DNA from: Candidatus Bathyarchaeota archaeon | GTDB taxonomy: Archaea; Thermoproteota; Bathyarchaeia; Bathyarchaeales; Bathycorpusculaceae | Reading direction: 5' to 3' | Assembly (NCBI GenBank): GCA_963775685.1 | Contig: CAVZJV010000014.1 | Coordinates: 1,504,001-1,568,000, forward strand | Length of the DNA: 64,000 nt | Shown here: in pieces, positions 40,003 through 50,316 of the stretch | How positions within the stretch are numbered: the first letter of the stretch is position 1 | Layout of the letters: every line of letters begins with the position of its first letter | Notes under the pieces: generated by a model | The model's input: the letters and a program-made list of their open reading frames with translations, nothing else | Database searches by the model: none | What the model was told of the DNA's origin: nothing | Position numbers and translations under genes: made by a program

Positions 40003-40721
40003 TGCTTGTGTTTAAGGAGTTGTTGTACGATTGTTTCTAGTTGCTCCCGCGAAAAATGAGACGAGCGCCTGACCGAATTGACAAAATTGGGCAATTGAGA
40101 AAGCCTCAAGACGGCTACAGCAGAGTTTTTAATATGTAGGATAGCGTGGTTGTTTGTAAAAACTACAATGCCTTCAACCCAGATGCTCATCCCCCGTAGG
40201 TTGGGGGAATTATCTATTATATCCTGGATTTTTGCAGCGTTCCGCTTTACCTGTCGACTTGGGCTACCTGAAAAGTTGCCCTTGCCTGCTCTCTGCCATT
40301 CATCTCCGTTGCATGAGAAGTTGCCGCTCCAATTCTTTGTTTCCAAAACGAAAACTCCGTTGGGTCCCAAAACGATGTGGTCGATGTCTCCGCCACCGTC
40401 GCGCAAGTATAGGTCGTTTAGGAGGTAATAATCATCACTAAGAGTTTGGGATAGGAGCTTGGCTACTTGTTTTTCACCTTCCCAACCGCCTCTATAGATA
40501 TGGTATTTACGAAGGTAAAAGTAGAAAGCAGCTATTGGTGCAAGTAAAAAAACGAAAACTGCTTCCTCTAAGAAGCCAACTTGAAAGGTCGATAAGATTC
40601 TGTAGATCAAAAGGGCAAACACGGCCGCAAACACTAGCGCACTGAGGCAGGCTTTGGCTAGGTTTTTTCTGACCTGGTTTTTGAGGTAGTTGCTTGAACC
40701 CCTAATTTTTCGCATATGCAA
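39999..40721 (-). CDS. Membrane-anchored NERD nuclease-domain protein
   Basis: Two TM then GEK.V..L...DIDHIVLGPNGVFVLETKNWSG..SP.RQ. Confidence 0.88.
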   Translation of the reverse strand: MHMRKIRGSSNYLKNQVRKNLAKACLSALVFAAVFALLIYRILSTFQVGFLEEAVFVFLLAPIAAFYFYLRKYHIYRGGWEGEKQVAKLLSQTLSDDYYLLNDLYLRDGGGDIDHIVLGPNGVFVLETKNWSGNFSCNGDEWQRAGKGNFSGSPSRQVKRNAAKIQDIIDNSPNLRGMSIWVEGIVVFTNNHAILHIKNSAVAVLRLSQLPNFVNSVRRSSHFSREQLETIVQQLLKHKH

Positions 40722-40841
40722 TCCTTAGTCTATAAACTATATTACCATATAGAAATTCAAAAATCAATTACTCTGAACAAAAACGGGAAAAAAGTTTATT
40801 GTTAAATGAGATGGATAGTTTTGGAGACTATGAGTTCGTGT

Positions 40842-42251
40842 TTATTTTTTGTCGGTTAGGTATTCTTGCATTGCTTTGGCAGCGCGTTTGCCTGCTCCCA
40901 TTGCGCTGATGACTGTTGCTGCTCCTGTCGCGACGTCTCCGCCTGCATAGACGCCGTCTAGGCTGGTTTTGCCAACTTCGTTAACGCATATGGTTCCGTG
41001 TCTGGGGTCGCTTTGTAAGCCGCCTGTGGTACGTTGGATTATGGGGTTGGGTGTTTGTCCGATGGCGATGATGACTGTGTCAACGTCCATTGTGAATTCG
41101 CTGCCTGGAACCTCTTTGACGCTTCTTCTGCCTTTAGCATCTGGTTCTCCGAGTTCCATCGCGATAACTTTCATTGCTTTAACCCATCCTTTTTCGTCAC
41201 CGTAGAATTCGAGTGGCGCTGCAAGGAATTTGCAGACTAAGCCTTCTTCTTCAGCGTTTTCAATTTCTTCGTTTCTTGCAGGCAACTCGTTTCTGGAGCG
41301 TCTGTAGAGTAAGCATACTTCACTTCCCAGTCGCATGCTACTTCTTGCGCAGTCCATAGCTACGTTTCCACCACCGATGACGACCACTTTTTTGCCGATG
41401 CGTAGGGGAGTATCGTACTCGGGGAACAAGTACGCTTTCATAAGGTTAACGCGTATCAGAAACTCGTTGGCAGAATAGATACCTCCCAAGTTTTCACCGG
41501 GGCAACCAGTAAACTGAGGCAAACCAGCGCCACTTCCGATGAAAACTGCGTCGTAACCGTTCTTCATGAGTTCAGGGATAGTATGGATTCTACCGATCAA
41601 GTTGCCCAAGCGCAAGTCAACGCCAAGCTTCTGAACATAGTTAACTTCATTCTGAACAATGGCTTTGGGTAGACGAAACTCTGGAATCCCGTACATTAGT
41701 ACGCCTCCACCCACATGCAAGGCTTCGAACATGGTGATTTCGTGTCCGCGCTTAACTAGGTCCGCTGCAACGGTTAGTCCAGCGGGACCGGCACCAACGA
41801 TAGCTACTTTCTTACCTGTTGCTGGAGCTTTTGGCGGAAGTTGAAATCCATTGTCTCGTTCCCAGTCTGCCAAGAAGCGTTCTAAGCGTCCAATGCTTAC
41901 TGGTTCACCCATCTTGCCGATGACACATTTTTTCTGGCACTGCTCTTCTTGTGGGCAAACTCGTCCACAAACGGCAGGCAAGGCATTCTTTGTTTTAATG
42001 GCAGCTATGCCTTCACTGTACTTCTTTTCTTTGATGCATTTTATGAATGTTGGAATTGGAATATCAACTGGACAACCAGATCTGCATTGGGGATTTGGGC
42101 ATTGCAGACATCGGCTTGCTTCTTCTTGGGCTTCTGCTTCAGTGTAGCCTAAAGCTACCTCGCTAAAGTTTTTAGCGCGAACTTTAGGCTCTTGCTTTGC
42201 CATCTCTACGGCTTTTTTATTTAACTTTGGTTTAGGCTTTACTTCTGCCAC
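40842..42251 (-). CDS. nfnB: NfnB/SudA (GltD-like) large subunit of electron-bifurcating transhydrogenase
   Basis: EASRCLQC..C..GCP, CGRVCPQE.QC, GAGPAG, YGIPEFRLP, GGGNVAMD, GGD..G.ATV. Confidence 0.9.
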   Translation of the reverse strand: MAEVKPKPKLNKKAVEMAKQEPKVRAKNFSEVALGYTEAEAQEEASRCLQCPNPQCRSGCPVDIPIPTFIKCIKEKKYSEGIAAIKTKNALPAVCGRVCPQEEQCQKKCVIGKMGEPVSIGRLERFLADWERDNGFQLPPKAPATGKKVAIVGAGPAGLTVAADLVKRGHEITMFEALHVGGGVLMYGIPEFRLPKAIVQNEVNYVQKLGVDLRLGNLIGRIHTIPELMKNGYDAVFIGSGAGLPQFTGCPGENLGGIYSANEFLIRVNLMKAYLFPEYDTPLRIGKKVVVIGGGNVAMDCARSSMRLGSEVCLLYRRSRNELPARNEEIENAEEEGLVCKFLAAPLEFYGDEKGWVKAMKVIAMELGEPDAKGRRSVKEVPGSEFTMDVDTVIIAIGQTPNPIIQRTTGGLQSDPRHGTICVNEVGKTSLDGVYAGGDVATGAATVISAMGAGKRAAKAMQEYLTDKK

Positions 42252-43077
42252 ATTTACAACCTCCACTCATTTCTGACAATACTGAACTTAAACGTTCTTC
42301 AGGAAGCATCGTTCGTTGACGCAGAATTAACTCGTCAAAGTCAGTTTTGTGACCATCAAACTCTGGACCATCCACGCAACCAAACATCATTTTCCCGTCA
42401 ACTGTAACTCGGCAAACACCACACATGCCCATGCCGTCAATCATTATAGGCGTTAAAGTTACGATTGTTGGGATAGCAAAGGGTTTGGTGATTTCGCAGA
42501 CATCTTTCATGAGAATTACTGGACCCATAACAACGCAGCGGTCAAATTTTTCTGTCTTGAGTAACTCTTTAAGGAAATCTAAGCCTTTGTAGCCTCTGGA
42601 GCCATCATCTGTGGCAACGTAGACTTTGTCGCTTAGGGCTTTTGCTTCGTTTTCCATCATGATAAATTCTTTTGTTCGTGCCCCAAGGACCGTAGTGACT
42701 TTGTTGCCTGCTTCTTTCATCGCCTTAGCTTGCAACAACAAGGGGGCAATCATTACGCTTCCTCCTACACAAAGGACCTTGCCGAAGTTTTTGACTTCCG
42801 ACGGATTACCCAATGGACCAGTGACGTTATCGATTGATTCACCTTGGTTAAGCATTCCGATTCCTTTGGTAGTTTTGCCGACTTCATGGAAAGCAAAAGA
42901 AACTGTTCCTTTAGCTTGATTATACCCACTAATAGTTAAAGGCACACGTTCGCCAGTTTTACCGTGGATTACGATTAGGAATTGTCCAGCTTGGGCTTTA
43001 GCTGCAACATCTGGAGCTTCAACTTCGAAGAGTTTAATCTTGGGAACGAGTTCTGTTTTGTTTACTATTTTGTACGT
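42232..43077 (-). CDS. nfnA: NfnA/SudB small subunit; no canonical start (ACG at 43077)
   Basis: Frame extends upstream of the called ORF: (T)YKIVNKTELVPKIKLFEVEAP.VA.KAQAGQF..ERVPLTI. DGMGMCGVCR..CVDGPEFDGH [2Fe-2S] motif. Confidence 0.88.
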   Translation of the reverse strand, partial: TYKIVNKTELVPKIKLFEVEAPDVAAKAQAGQFLIVIHGKTGERVPLTISGYNQAKGTVSFAFHEVGKTTKGIGMLNQGESIDNVTGPLGNPSEVKNFGKVLCVGGSVMIAPLLLQAKAMKEAGNKVTTVLGARTKEFIMMENEAKALSDKVYVATDDGSRGYKGLDFLKELLKTEKFDRCVVMGPVILMKDVCEITKPFAIPTIVTLTPIMIDGMGMCGVCRVTVDGKMMFGCVDGPEFDGHKTDFDELILRQRTMLPEERLSSVLSEMSGGCKCGRSKA

Positions 43078-44291
43078 TTTGCAGTCGCCTCCACAGTTAC
43101 TTCACGTTTAGGTAAAGTACAAATTTTTTTATAGAAATCATCGAGTTTATGCTCAAAGTCGCCAGCGCATCTGGGTGACTCCTCGTAGAGTTCAAATCGA
43201 TCAAGCAACCCCAGCTTTTTGAGGACAACTTTCAGAACAGCTACATTGCGTTCTGCAGTGTCTCTGCCTTCTTGGAGTTTGCAGTCTTTAGATGAGCAAA
43301 CCACACCCATAACACCGTCAAAACCACAGTTTAACGCGTTTATTATGTGGACTGGGTCAAGGGATTTGAAGCATGGAACTTCCAGCGCCAACACATTTTT
43401 GCCCTCAAACGCCTTGTTTGGGGTGTCAAGAGCTGAAAACTCTGACCATTGACAAACGAATGCGAGAACTGCTGGACCTTTGCCCTTAGCTTTTAATTGT
43501 TCAAGCGATTTCCCGTATCTGTCTACGACTTCATCAAATTCGAAGCCTTTTACTTCGATTGCTTGGTGTGGACAAACCAGTTGGCATGCACCACAACCGA
43601 CACATTTTTCCTCGTTAACTTTGGGTGTTGCAAACGACTCAAATTCAAGAGCACCGTAAGGACATATGAAGATACATTTGTCGCAACCCACACAAGCTTG
43701 TACATCATAGACTGCTTTGCGAGAAAACTTTATTATTCTGACAGCGTTATCGTCAAAACCCAACTGTTTTAGAACATTTTTGGCTAACACCAATCGCCTG
43801 GTATTAATTTTTGTGCCTTCTTTGTAGCGACAGAATGGGTCTTCACATTGAATTGAAACGATGTTTTTTACTCCAGTGTTGAGGGCTTCAAATACGAAGT
43901 CGGTTGGAACTCTTCCTGCACAGGGCAAACGCAAAGCCATGTAATTATCAACTTTCAAGCCTTGCGCTTTAAGGATGTCCTGAACCTCGCCTGTCGATGG
44001 TGAGTTTCCTCGGCACATCAAAACCAGCGTTTCAGCATCATTTTTGGCTTTTTCCTGCGCCTTCTTCAGGTATTCGGACAGGTTATCGTAAGTGTAATAT
44101 TGCATTTTTATTGCTGCAGAGGGACAAGCACTATAGCATATGCCGCAAACCTGGCAGTCCTGACTATTAATTTCAACTTTGCCCGTTGAATCTGCCTTTA
44201 TAGCTTCATAGGGACAGATTGATTTACAGACATAACATCGGCTACATAAGTCCTGATCGATTTCCACTACAGCGAGACATTTTTCACTCAT
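43065..44291 (-). CDS. Tandem (2x[4Fe-4S] ferredoxin + MvhD/FlpD) x2 protein
   Basis: Four CxxCxxCxxxCP motifs and two MvhD-like domains (PCAGRV..C..C.Y..G; FVCQW..PC..DP..GFDGV..C..DC). Confidence 0.85.
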   Translation of the reverse strand: MSEKCLAVVEIDQDLCSRCYVCKSICPYEAIKADSTGKVEINSQDCQVCGICYSACPSAAIKMQYYTYDNLSEYLKKAQEKAKNDAETLVLMCRGNSPSTGEVQDILKAQGLKVDNYMALRLPCAGRVPTDFVFEALNTGVKNIVSIQCEDPFCRYKEGTKINTRRLVLAKNVLKQLGFDDNAVRIIKFSRKAVYDVQACVGCDKCIFICPYGALEFESFATPKVNEEKCVGCGACQLVCPHQAIEVKGFEFDEVVDRYGKSLEQLKAKGKGPAVLAFVCQWSEFSALDTPNKAFEGKNVLALEVPCFKSLDPVHIINALNCGFDGVMGVVCSSKDCKLQEGRDTAERNVAVLKVVLKKLGLLDRFELYEESPRCAGDFEHKLDDFYKKICTLPKREVTVEATAKRTK

Positions 44292-44401
44292 TTTGAACAC
44301 TCTTTTAATTCGCGTTTCCGGTGTTACCTTATGCTTCAGCACTTAAGCTTAAGCTCATTGAAAACATGAAAAGGGTTTTAGAATATTATAATCCTTTCTC
44401 T

Positions 44402-45340
44402 CTATTTTCTGTAATACGGTTGGCGAATGTAGCTGTAAGCTTCAAGCGCGGCTGTGATGCCTTGACCCACAGCAGTACCCACCTGCTTAACAGGGTGATT
44501 GGATACATCGCCTGCAGCGAAAACGCCCGCAATGTTGGTATGCTGGCGAATATCGATTTTGATGTAGCCATACTCGTCAGTCTCTATACCGCTGGCTTGG
44601 GCAATTTGGCTATTGGGAGCTTCGCCGACTTGCACGAAAACTGCATCAACTTCCATTTCAGTTGTTTTCTGCGTTGTGTTATCGATTATTGTGACTGTTC
44701 TTACTTGTTTATCGCCCTTAATTTCTTGAATTTCAGTGTTCCAGAGAATGTTTACGTTTCCCTTGGAGGTTATATCTGAAACCAAAGTTTCTTCCGCTCG
44801 GAAAGCTTGCCTTCTATGGATAACGGTGACTTGACCCGCAAGATCTGAAAGGTAAAGAGTAGTGATACAAGCAGAGTTTCCGCCCCCGACTACGACGACT
44901 TTTTTGCCCCTAAAGAATGGCCCATCGCAAACTCCACAGTAGCTCACCCCTTTCCCACGAAATTCTTTTTCACCCTTAGCTCCTATCTCTTTGTAGTGAG
45001 AACCCTGGGATATTATAACTGCTTTTGCCTCGTAGGTGGTTCTTATGGTTGTTACTAGTCTTTTTTCACCTGCCAGGTCAATGGCGGTTACTGGTTCAAT
45101 GTCGTGGATAATTACGCCGAGCTTTTTGGCATGGTTAGTCATTTTTTCTGCAAGTTCTCCACCGCTAATTTCCGCAAAACCTGGATAATTTACAACAGTA
45201 GGGGCATCAGAAATTGTTCCTCCAGCCAACTTTTCATCCAAAATAAGGGTTTTTAGTCCGCTTCGCACAGTGTAGATTCCTGCGGCTAATCCTGCTGAGC
45301 CCGCACCTATGATTATGACATCCCAATTCTCCATAAACAT
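44402..45340 (-). CDS. trxB: Thioredoxin reductase
   Basis: GAGSAG, NYPG, GVSYCGVCDG, GGGNSA, HRR, FAAGD. Confidence 0.93.
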   Translation of the reverse strand: MFMENWDVIIIGAGSAGLAAGIYTVRSGLKTLILDEKLAGGTISDAPTVVNYPGFAEISGGELAEKMTNHAKKLGVIIHDIEPVTAIDLAGEKRLVTTIRTTYEAKAVIISQGSHYKEIGAKGEKEFRGKGVSYCGVCDGPFFRGKKVVVVGGGNSACITTLYLSDLAGQVTVIHRRQAFRAEETLVSDITSKGNVNILWNTEIQEIKGDKQVRTVTIIDNTTQKTTEMEVDAVFVQVGEAPNSQIAQASGIETDEYGYIKIDIRQHTNIAGVFAAGDVSNHPVKQVGTAVGQGITAALEAYSYIRQPYYRK

Positions 45341-45478
45341 GCATCTCTTTATATGTAAATAGTTGGCCGGAGCAGTTTATGAATTGTTCGGCTTACCTTG
45401 GGTTGGTTTGGCGTCTCCAATAAGCTGATTAAGGCGAAACTAATTTAGTTCTAAATAAGACTTTTCGAGGATTAATTT

Positions 45479-47236
45479 ATGGCAAAATATAGGTGCACCG
45501 TCTGCAATTACGTTTATGATGATGCGAAAGAAAAAGTAAAGTTCACAGATTTGCCCAAAGAGTGGGTTTGCCCCGTTTGTGGAGCACCCAGATCAGTTTT
45601 CGTTTTGCTGGCGGAAATGTCCGAGAAGAAAACAGCTGAGCACACTGTTTCCGAAGTGCTCATTAACCAGATTGCCGAGTGGGGAGTCCAATACGTTTTC
45701 GGCATTCCAGGAACATCAACTTTGGGTGTAGTGGAAGCTATACGCAAAACCGATGGAAAAGTAAAATATGTTCAGGTTCGCCATGAGGAAACAGCTGCGT
45801 TTATGGCTTCAGCATATGGCAAGTTAACTGGACATGTGGCGGCTTGCCTTGGGATTTCCGGTCCAGGCGCAACCAACCTTGTAACTGGATTGTACGATGC
45901 GCAACTTGATCACTCACCAGTTTTAGCCTTAACAGGTTTGGTTCCACGCAAACAGATAGGTCAAGGTGCAATACAGGAAATTGACCAACAAGCGTTCTTC
46001 GAACCTTTGAGCGTATATAACAAAACTTTGATGACTGAAGACCAAACCACAACGCTTGCGACATTGGCGATTAAGCATGCGCTTCTGAATCAGGGTGTGG
46101 CGCACATTGGGATTCCCAATGATGTGCAAAAGTTGCCGTTTGAGGCGAAGATTCTGTCTTTCGAAGGAAGAATGCCCAATATGGCTTATGGACAGGAGGA
46201 ATGGATAGTTGAGAAAGCGGCAAAAGTCATCGATGAAGCAAAGAGGCCGGTGATTTTGGCTGGGTTTGGTTGCCGTGGTCAAGGCAAAAAGTTGTTGAAT
46301 TTAGCTTCCAAGTTATGTGCGCCGATAATATCTACTTTTAGGGCTAAAGGAGTAGTTGACGAAAACGATCCGCTCTATGTCGGGTGTCATGGCGGTGTCG
46401 GTTCGACCGCTGCTGGAACACTTATGGAAAAGGCGGATTTGCTCATCGCAATTGGTTCGTCGTTTTCCGATTTGTCGTTGATTCCGCAGAAACGAACGGT
46501 TCAGATTGAGATCAATCCATTGATGATTGCTCGCAGGTATCCTGTTGAGGTTAGCTTGCTTGGCAACAGTGCGATTTTAATTCCAAAGCTGACGGAGAAG
46601 GTTGCATTGAAGCAGAACAAAAATTATTTGGTTGAGATAAGCCAGTTAAAGCAGGCTTGGATACAACAACTGGATATAGAGTCGGATGCAACCCTGAAAC
46701 CCATTAGACCACCTTACATTATCAAGGTCTTAAATGACAAAATTGCAGACAACGCAATTATCTCTCTTGATGTTGGCGAGAACTGCTGGTGGTTTGGTAG
46801 AAACTTTAGGATGAAGAAGACGCAAAAACTGGTGATGAGCGGACAATTGGCTACAATGGGTTTTGGTTTACCTGGAGCATTAGCGGCTGCACTGGCCTAC
46901 CCTGAGAGACAGATTGTGTGTTTAACGGGCGATGGTGGTTTGACTATGGTTATGGGCGATTTCTTGACCGCTTTGAAATATAACTTGCCAGTCAAAGTAT
47001 TTGTTATGAATAACAAACGATTGGGGATGATTATGCAAGAGCAGAAAGTGGAGAGGTATGAGAGCTGGCAAACAGAGTTGCATGACTTTAGCTTCGCCGC
47101 TTTTGCTGAGCATGCAGGTGGTTTAGGCATCAAGGTCACTGAGCCAAGTGAGTTGGAAGCAGCCGTGGACAAAGCCCTCATAGCAAACATACCTACAATC
47201 GTGGACATTGACACTGACCCAAGAAGGTTTCTGTGA
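45479..47236 (+). CDS. Rubredoxin fused to a pyruvate oxidase/dehydrogenase-like TPP enzyme
   Basis: [22 protein letters not shown], then VRHEE.AAFMA, GPGATN, GDGG...NN TPP motif. Confidence 0.88.
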   Translation: MAKYRCTVCNYVYDDAKEKVKFTDLPKEWVCPVCGAPRSVFVLLAEMSEKKTAEHTVSEVLINQIAEWGVQYVFGIPGTSTLGVVEAIRKTDGKVKYVQVRHEETAAFMASAYGKLTGHVAACLGISGPGATNLVTGLYDAQLDHSPVLALTGLVPRKQIGQGAIQEIDQQAFFEPLSVYNKTLMTEDQTTTLATLAIKHALLNQGVAHIGIPNDVQKLPFEAKILSFEGRMPNMAYGQEEWIVEKAAKVIDEAKRPVILAGFGCRGQGKKLLNLASKLCAPIISTFRAKGVVDENDPLYVGCHGGVGSTAAGTLMEKADLLIAIGSSFSDLSLIPQKRTVQIEINPLMIARRYPVEVSLLGNSAILIPKLTEKVALKQNKNYLVEISQLKQAWIQQLDIESDATLKPIRPPYIIKVLNDKIADNAIISLDVGENCWWFGRNFRMKKTQKLVMSGQLATMGFGLPGALAAALAYPERQIVCLTGDGGLTMVMGDFLTALKYNLPVKVFVMNNKRLGMIMQEQKVERYESWQTELHDFSFAAFAEHAGGLGIKVTEPSELEAAVDKALIANIPTIVDIDTDPRRFL

Positions 47237-47247
47237 GGTGAAAAAGT

Positions 47248-47661
47248 ATGAGTGAAAAACAGGGTTTGACATTGGCGTTTGTGATTTCATTGGTCGGAGG
47301 TTTAATTGTTCTAATCTTTAGTTTAGTGAATTTGGTATGGTTTGGTTCTAACGCTCCAAATTGGGGAGGTTTTGGCGACTATTGGGGCAGCATGATGAAT
47401 GGCTACCATAACTTTATGGGCAACTATGCTAGTTCGACAGGTTTCTTTACTGCTGTTTCGGTAGCTAGTTTTGTTTGCGGAGTAATCGTTCTGATGAGTG
47501 CTTTTGTTTTGCGGATTCACCCACAAGAGCATTTTCTTTGGGGAGTGGTTATCGTTGTGTTTTCAGCGATAAGCTTTGTTGGAATGGGTGGATACTTTGT
47601 CGGCGCAGCATTCGGCATTATCGGAGGAGCACGTGCTTTAACCTACAAACCACTAACATAG
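47248..47661 (+). CDS. Membrane protein (DUF6114-like)
   Basis: Four TM; GGYFVG..FGIIGG. Likely co-transcribed with the upstream gene. Confidence 0.7.
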   Translation: MSEKQGLTLAFVISLVGGLIVLIFSLVNLVWFGSNAPNWGGFGDYWGSMMNGYHNFMGNYASSTGFFTAVSVASFVCGVIVLMSAFVLRIHPQEHFLWGVVIVVFSAISFVGMGGYFVGAAFGIIGGARALTYKPLT

Positions 47662-47983
47662 ACTAAACCAAAGAAACATGGCAATCCTATCAGCTCGCCT
47701 CAACCGCTGCATTGGCAACAGTTTCTACTATTTAGGCGGCTGAGCAACCTTTGTTTTTAATGGTGGTTGGAAAAAAGATATGAACATTAGTCTTTCACCG
47801 CTTTGAATGCTACTATTGGCCCACGGAATCTCTTCAGACAAAAGCTGGTGCACGCCAAAAAAATGACCTCGTCAGAAGATCATCATAAATAAACAGTGAA
47901 CAAACAGACAGAGGCTAGAGACAACTAATTTAGCTCAAAGTTTAGCCATGTTTATTAGTGCTTTAGTTTTTTTTATGTGACGT

Positions 47984-48250
47984 TTAAGTCAACATTGTTT
48001 TCTTTTCAATTTTGTTTATCGTTTGAAGCGTTTTTTCTGCAGTAGATGCACTGGAAAGCAGGTCATCTATGGTTGCTGTGAGGGTAACGATTTTGGCGTC
48101 GCAATCTATTTCTGTTATGACCCTGTTGTTTTCCTGCACGGTTTTGACTTGTAGCCCCTGGGGGATTTTGAAGTTGTCAGGCGAAACCGCTTCTGAAACA
48201 GCTTGCGCAGTTTTCAGGTCTTTGTATTCAAGCGTTATTGTTGCTCTCAA
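47984..48250 (-). CDS. pcc1: KEOPS subunit Pcc1
   Basis: A..VSEAVSPDN...L.ATIDDLL. Conserved position after the RecJ-like gene. Confidence 0.85.
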   Translation of the reverse strand: MRATITLEYKDLKTAQAVSEAVSPDNFKIPQGLQVKTVQENNRVITEIDCDAKIVTLTATIDDLLSSASTAEKTLQTINKIEKKTMLT

Positions 48251-49694
48251 GCTTCTCCCCCTTAAGTTGCCTACCTACCAACTCATCAGCCAATTTAATG
48301 AAATCATCAATCTTTTCTAAAGGAACCTGTGCACCAGCAGCGATGTTGTGGCCTCCGCCTTTGCCGCCATTGTTCTCCGAAGCTAATCTCATTACGGTCC
48401 CGAGGTTGACTCCTTTTCGAAGTGCAGCTTCGGTGGTTCTGCCCGAAAACTTTGCAGCTTTTTCAGCTTCGATATTGGCGAATGCTATGAGTGGTTTTTC
48501 GTTATTAATAAGACCTGAAACGATGATGGATGATACAGTACCGATGATTTTTTCGTTGATGAAGGTTTCACCATAGACAACGTAGATGTTTTGGAGCTCG
48601 CGCATGCGGTCAGGTTTCTCGTTTACCCAGCTGAGGTATTTGTTAATGCTTTTGCGATAATCCTCAAGGATTTTGCTGGATTCTTCAAGGGCTGCTTTGC
48701 GGTCCCCCATACAAATAGCGATACCCAAACTAGGTCGGTCCATACGTCCTGTCGAATTCAAAACCACCGCGAACTCCCGGCCATCCCGCAGCGCAGTGTT
48801 GGGTTCTTCCTTGGCTAAAATGTAAATATACCCAATGAGGTTGTCAACTTCCATATGCAAGCCTTTTGATAATAAGTAGTCAGCTATAGCAGAGCATAAC
48901 CGTTTTCGTTCTTCGTCTGTTAAGTCGCAGAGAGCCCTCAACTTGTCGCCCTGCTTTAGGGGAATACCCAGGTTTGCTACAAAGTTTAATGCTTCGGTTT
49001 CTTGACCGCTTAGACCTGGAATAAACGGATTAGTGGTAGTCGCTATCATCTTGTATATGGGCCGTGTTTCTCTGCCAAAGAAAATCAGATCCTTCTCAAC
49101 TTTCAACACCCCAGCGGCGATGCCGTCGTTAACTATTATTTCGTTTAGACTCCGGAGACTTCGTTGTTCATACTTGTCCTGCATGTCCCCAAGGGCACCA
49201 ATAATGGCAATTGCTGCCAAATCCAAATTTGCAGCATTCACTGCCCTAGCCGCAAAGTAAGCTACACCTGAACCGCTAACATCAGTCGCCCCATCGATAC
49301 CGAAGAGATGAGGGTTTACCTGTACAAAATTTGGGTTAGAGACTTTCCTTGTTATTTGGTGGTGGTCAAGGATTACGACTTTCACGTTTGGGATTTTCTC
49401 ATTAAGCAAATCAAGATATCCGCTTCCAAAGTCGGTGAGTATAACGAGCTGAGGCTTGTCAGCTATGACTTCACCGATGATTTTATCATCAACCCACTGC
49501 ATAACCCGAATTCGAAAACGAGCATCAAGCCGATAGAGCATCTTGGCCATAACACCTGCCGCGGCAACACCGTCAGCATCCAAATGCGAAAATACGAGGA
49601 TGAAACCGTCTTTCTTGACAACCTCCAGAATCACTTTTGCTGCTTCATTTGCTGCTGTTAAGAAGTCTTCGATTGATTTTTGCTGCGTCGCCAT
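48228..49694 (-). CDS. RecJ-like DHH/DHHA1 phosphoesterase
   Basis: SHLDADG, TDFG, LDHH, GALGD, GGGH..AAG; rps15-DHH-pcc1 synteny. Confidence 0.9.
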   Translation of the reverse strand: MATQQKSIEDFLTAANEAAKVILEVVKKDGFILVFSHLDADGVAAAGVMAKMLYRLDARFRIRVMQWVDDKIIGEVIADKPQLVILTDFGSGYLDLLNEKIPNVKVVILDHHQITRKVSNPNFVQVNPHLFGIDGATDVSGSGVAYFAARAVNAANLDLAAIAIIGALGDMQDKYEQRSLRSLNEIIVNDGIAAGVLKVEKDLIFFGRETRPIYKMIATTTNPFIPGLSGQETEALNFVANLGIPLKQGDKLRALCDLTDEERKRLCSAIADYLLSKGLHMEVDNLIGYIYILAKEEPNTALRDGREFAVVLNSTGRMDRPSLGIAICMGDRKAALEESSKILEDYRKSINKYLSWVNEKPDRMRELQNIYVVYGETFINEKIIGTVSSIIVSGLINNEKPLIAFANIEAEKAAKFSGRTTEAALRKGVNLGTVMRLASENNGGKGGGHNIAAGAQVPLEKIDDFIKLADELVGRQLKGEKLESNNNA

Positions 49695-49786
49695 GCCCAG
49701 TTATCTCTTCGTGGCTTAAAGGTGCTGATTGGATTTAAAGCTGGCGTATCAAGAAACAATAAAAATTAAATAAAGGAAAGAAACGC

Positions 49787-50227
49787 TTATGTTACGGAAG
49801 CGATTTTTGGCACGTACTTCCAGTTCTTTGCGATTACGCCTTCACGTTTGTAGTAGCGGCTGAGCTTGTGGATTCGGGCTTCGATGATTTGCATATTGCG
49901 TTTGTTGTGAAGATCTTTTTTATTTTTGTCCATGTGGACGGCGAGACCTTGGGCTTTCTTCATTAGGTTAGATAGATCTTCGGGCATTGTGGGCGCTAAA
50001 CCTGAGGCTTTTAATGTGTCACTTATGCTCTTGCCCGTGATTGGTTTAACCAGTGGAATTGCGTATTGGTCGCGTAAGATAGTGCCTATGCTACTCAGCG
50101 AGTGCCCTTCTTTGGCGTGTTTAATTATGAACGCTTCTACTTCTTCAGGCTGGTATTTGCACCAGCTTGGAGGGCGCCTGCTGACAGGACGCGTCGAATG
50201 GGATTTCCCTTTTTCTTGCTTTGGCAT
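49787..50227 (-). CDS. rps15: 30S ribosomal protein S15 (uS15)
   Basis: GKSHSTRP, IGTILRDQY, PEDL.NL, IEARIHKL.RYYK. Confidence 0.96.
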   Translation of the reverse strand: MPKQEKGKSHSTRPVSRRPPSWCKYQPEEVEAFIIKHAKEGHSLSSIGTILRDQYAIPLVKPITGKSISDTLKASGLAPTMPEDLSNLMKKAQGLAVHMDKNKKDLHNKRNMQIIEARIHKLSRYYKREGVIAKNWKYVPKIASVT

Positions 50228-50316
50228 CGTTACACCTTAAACTGCACCCTTATCCACACCCAACGAATATTTAAAAGTAATCCCTACAGGTTAAAAAACC
50301 GGGTTTCTTAGTTCCT

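Noticed and set aside
40842-42251. Glutamate synthase small subunit (gltD)
   Set aside because: It pairs with a SudB/NfnA gene and no gltB is nearby, so NfnB is the better call.
47670-47980. Possible ncRNA or riboswitch in the gap before pcc1
   Set aside because: No recognisable consensus or convincing stem; an Rfam scan would be needed.
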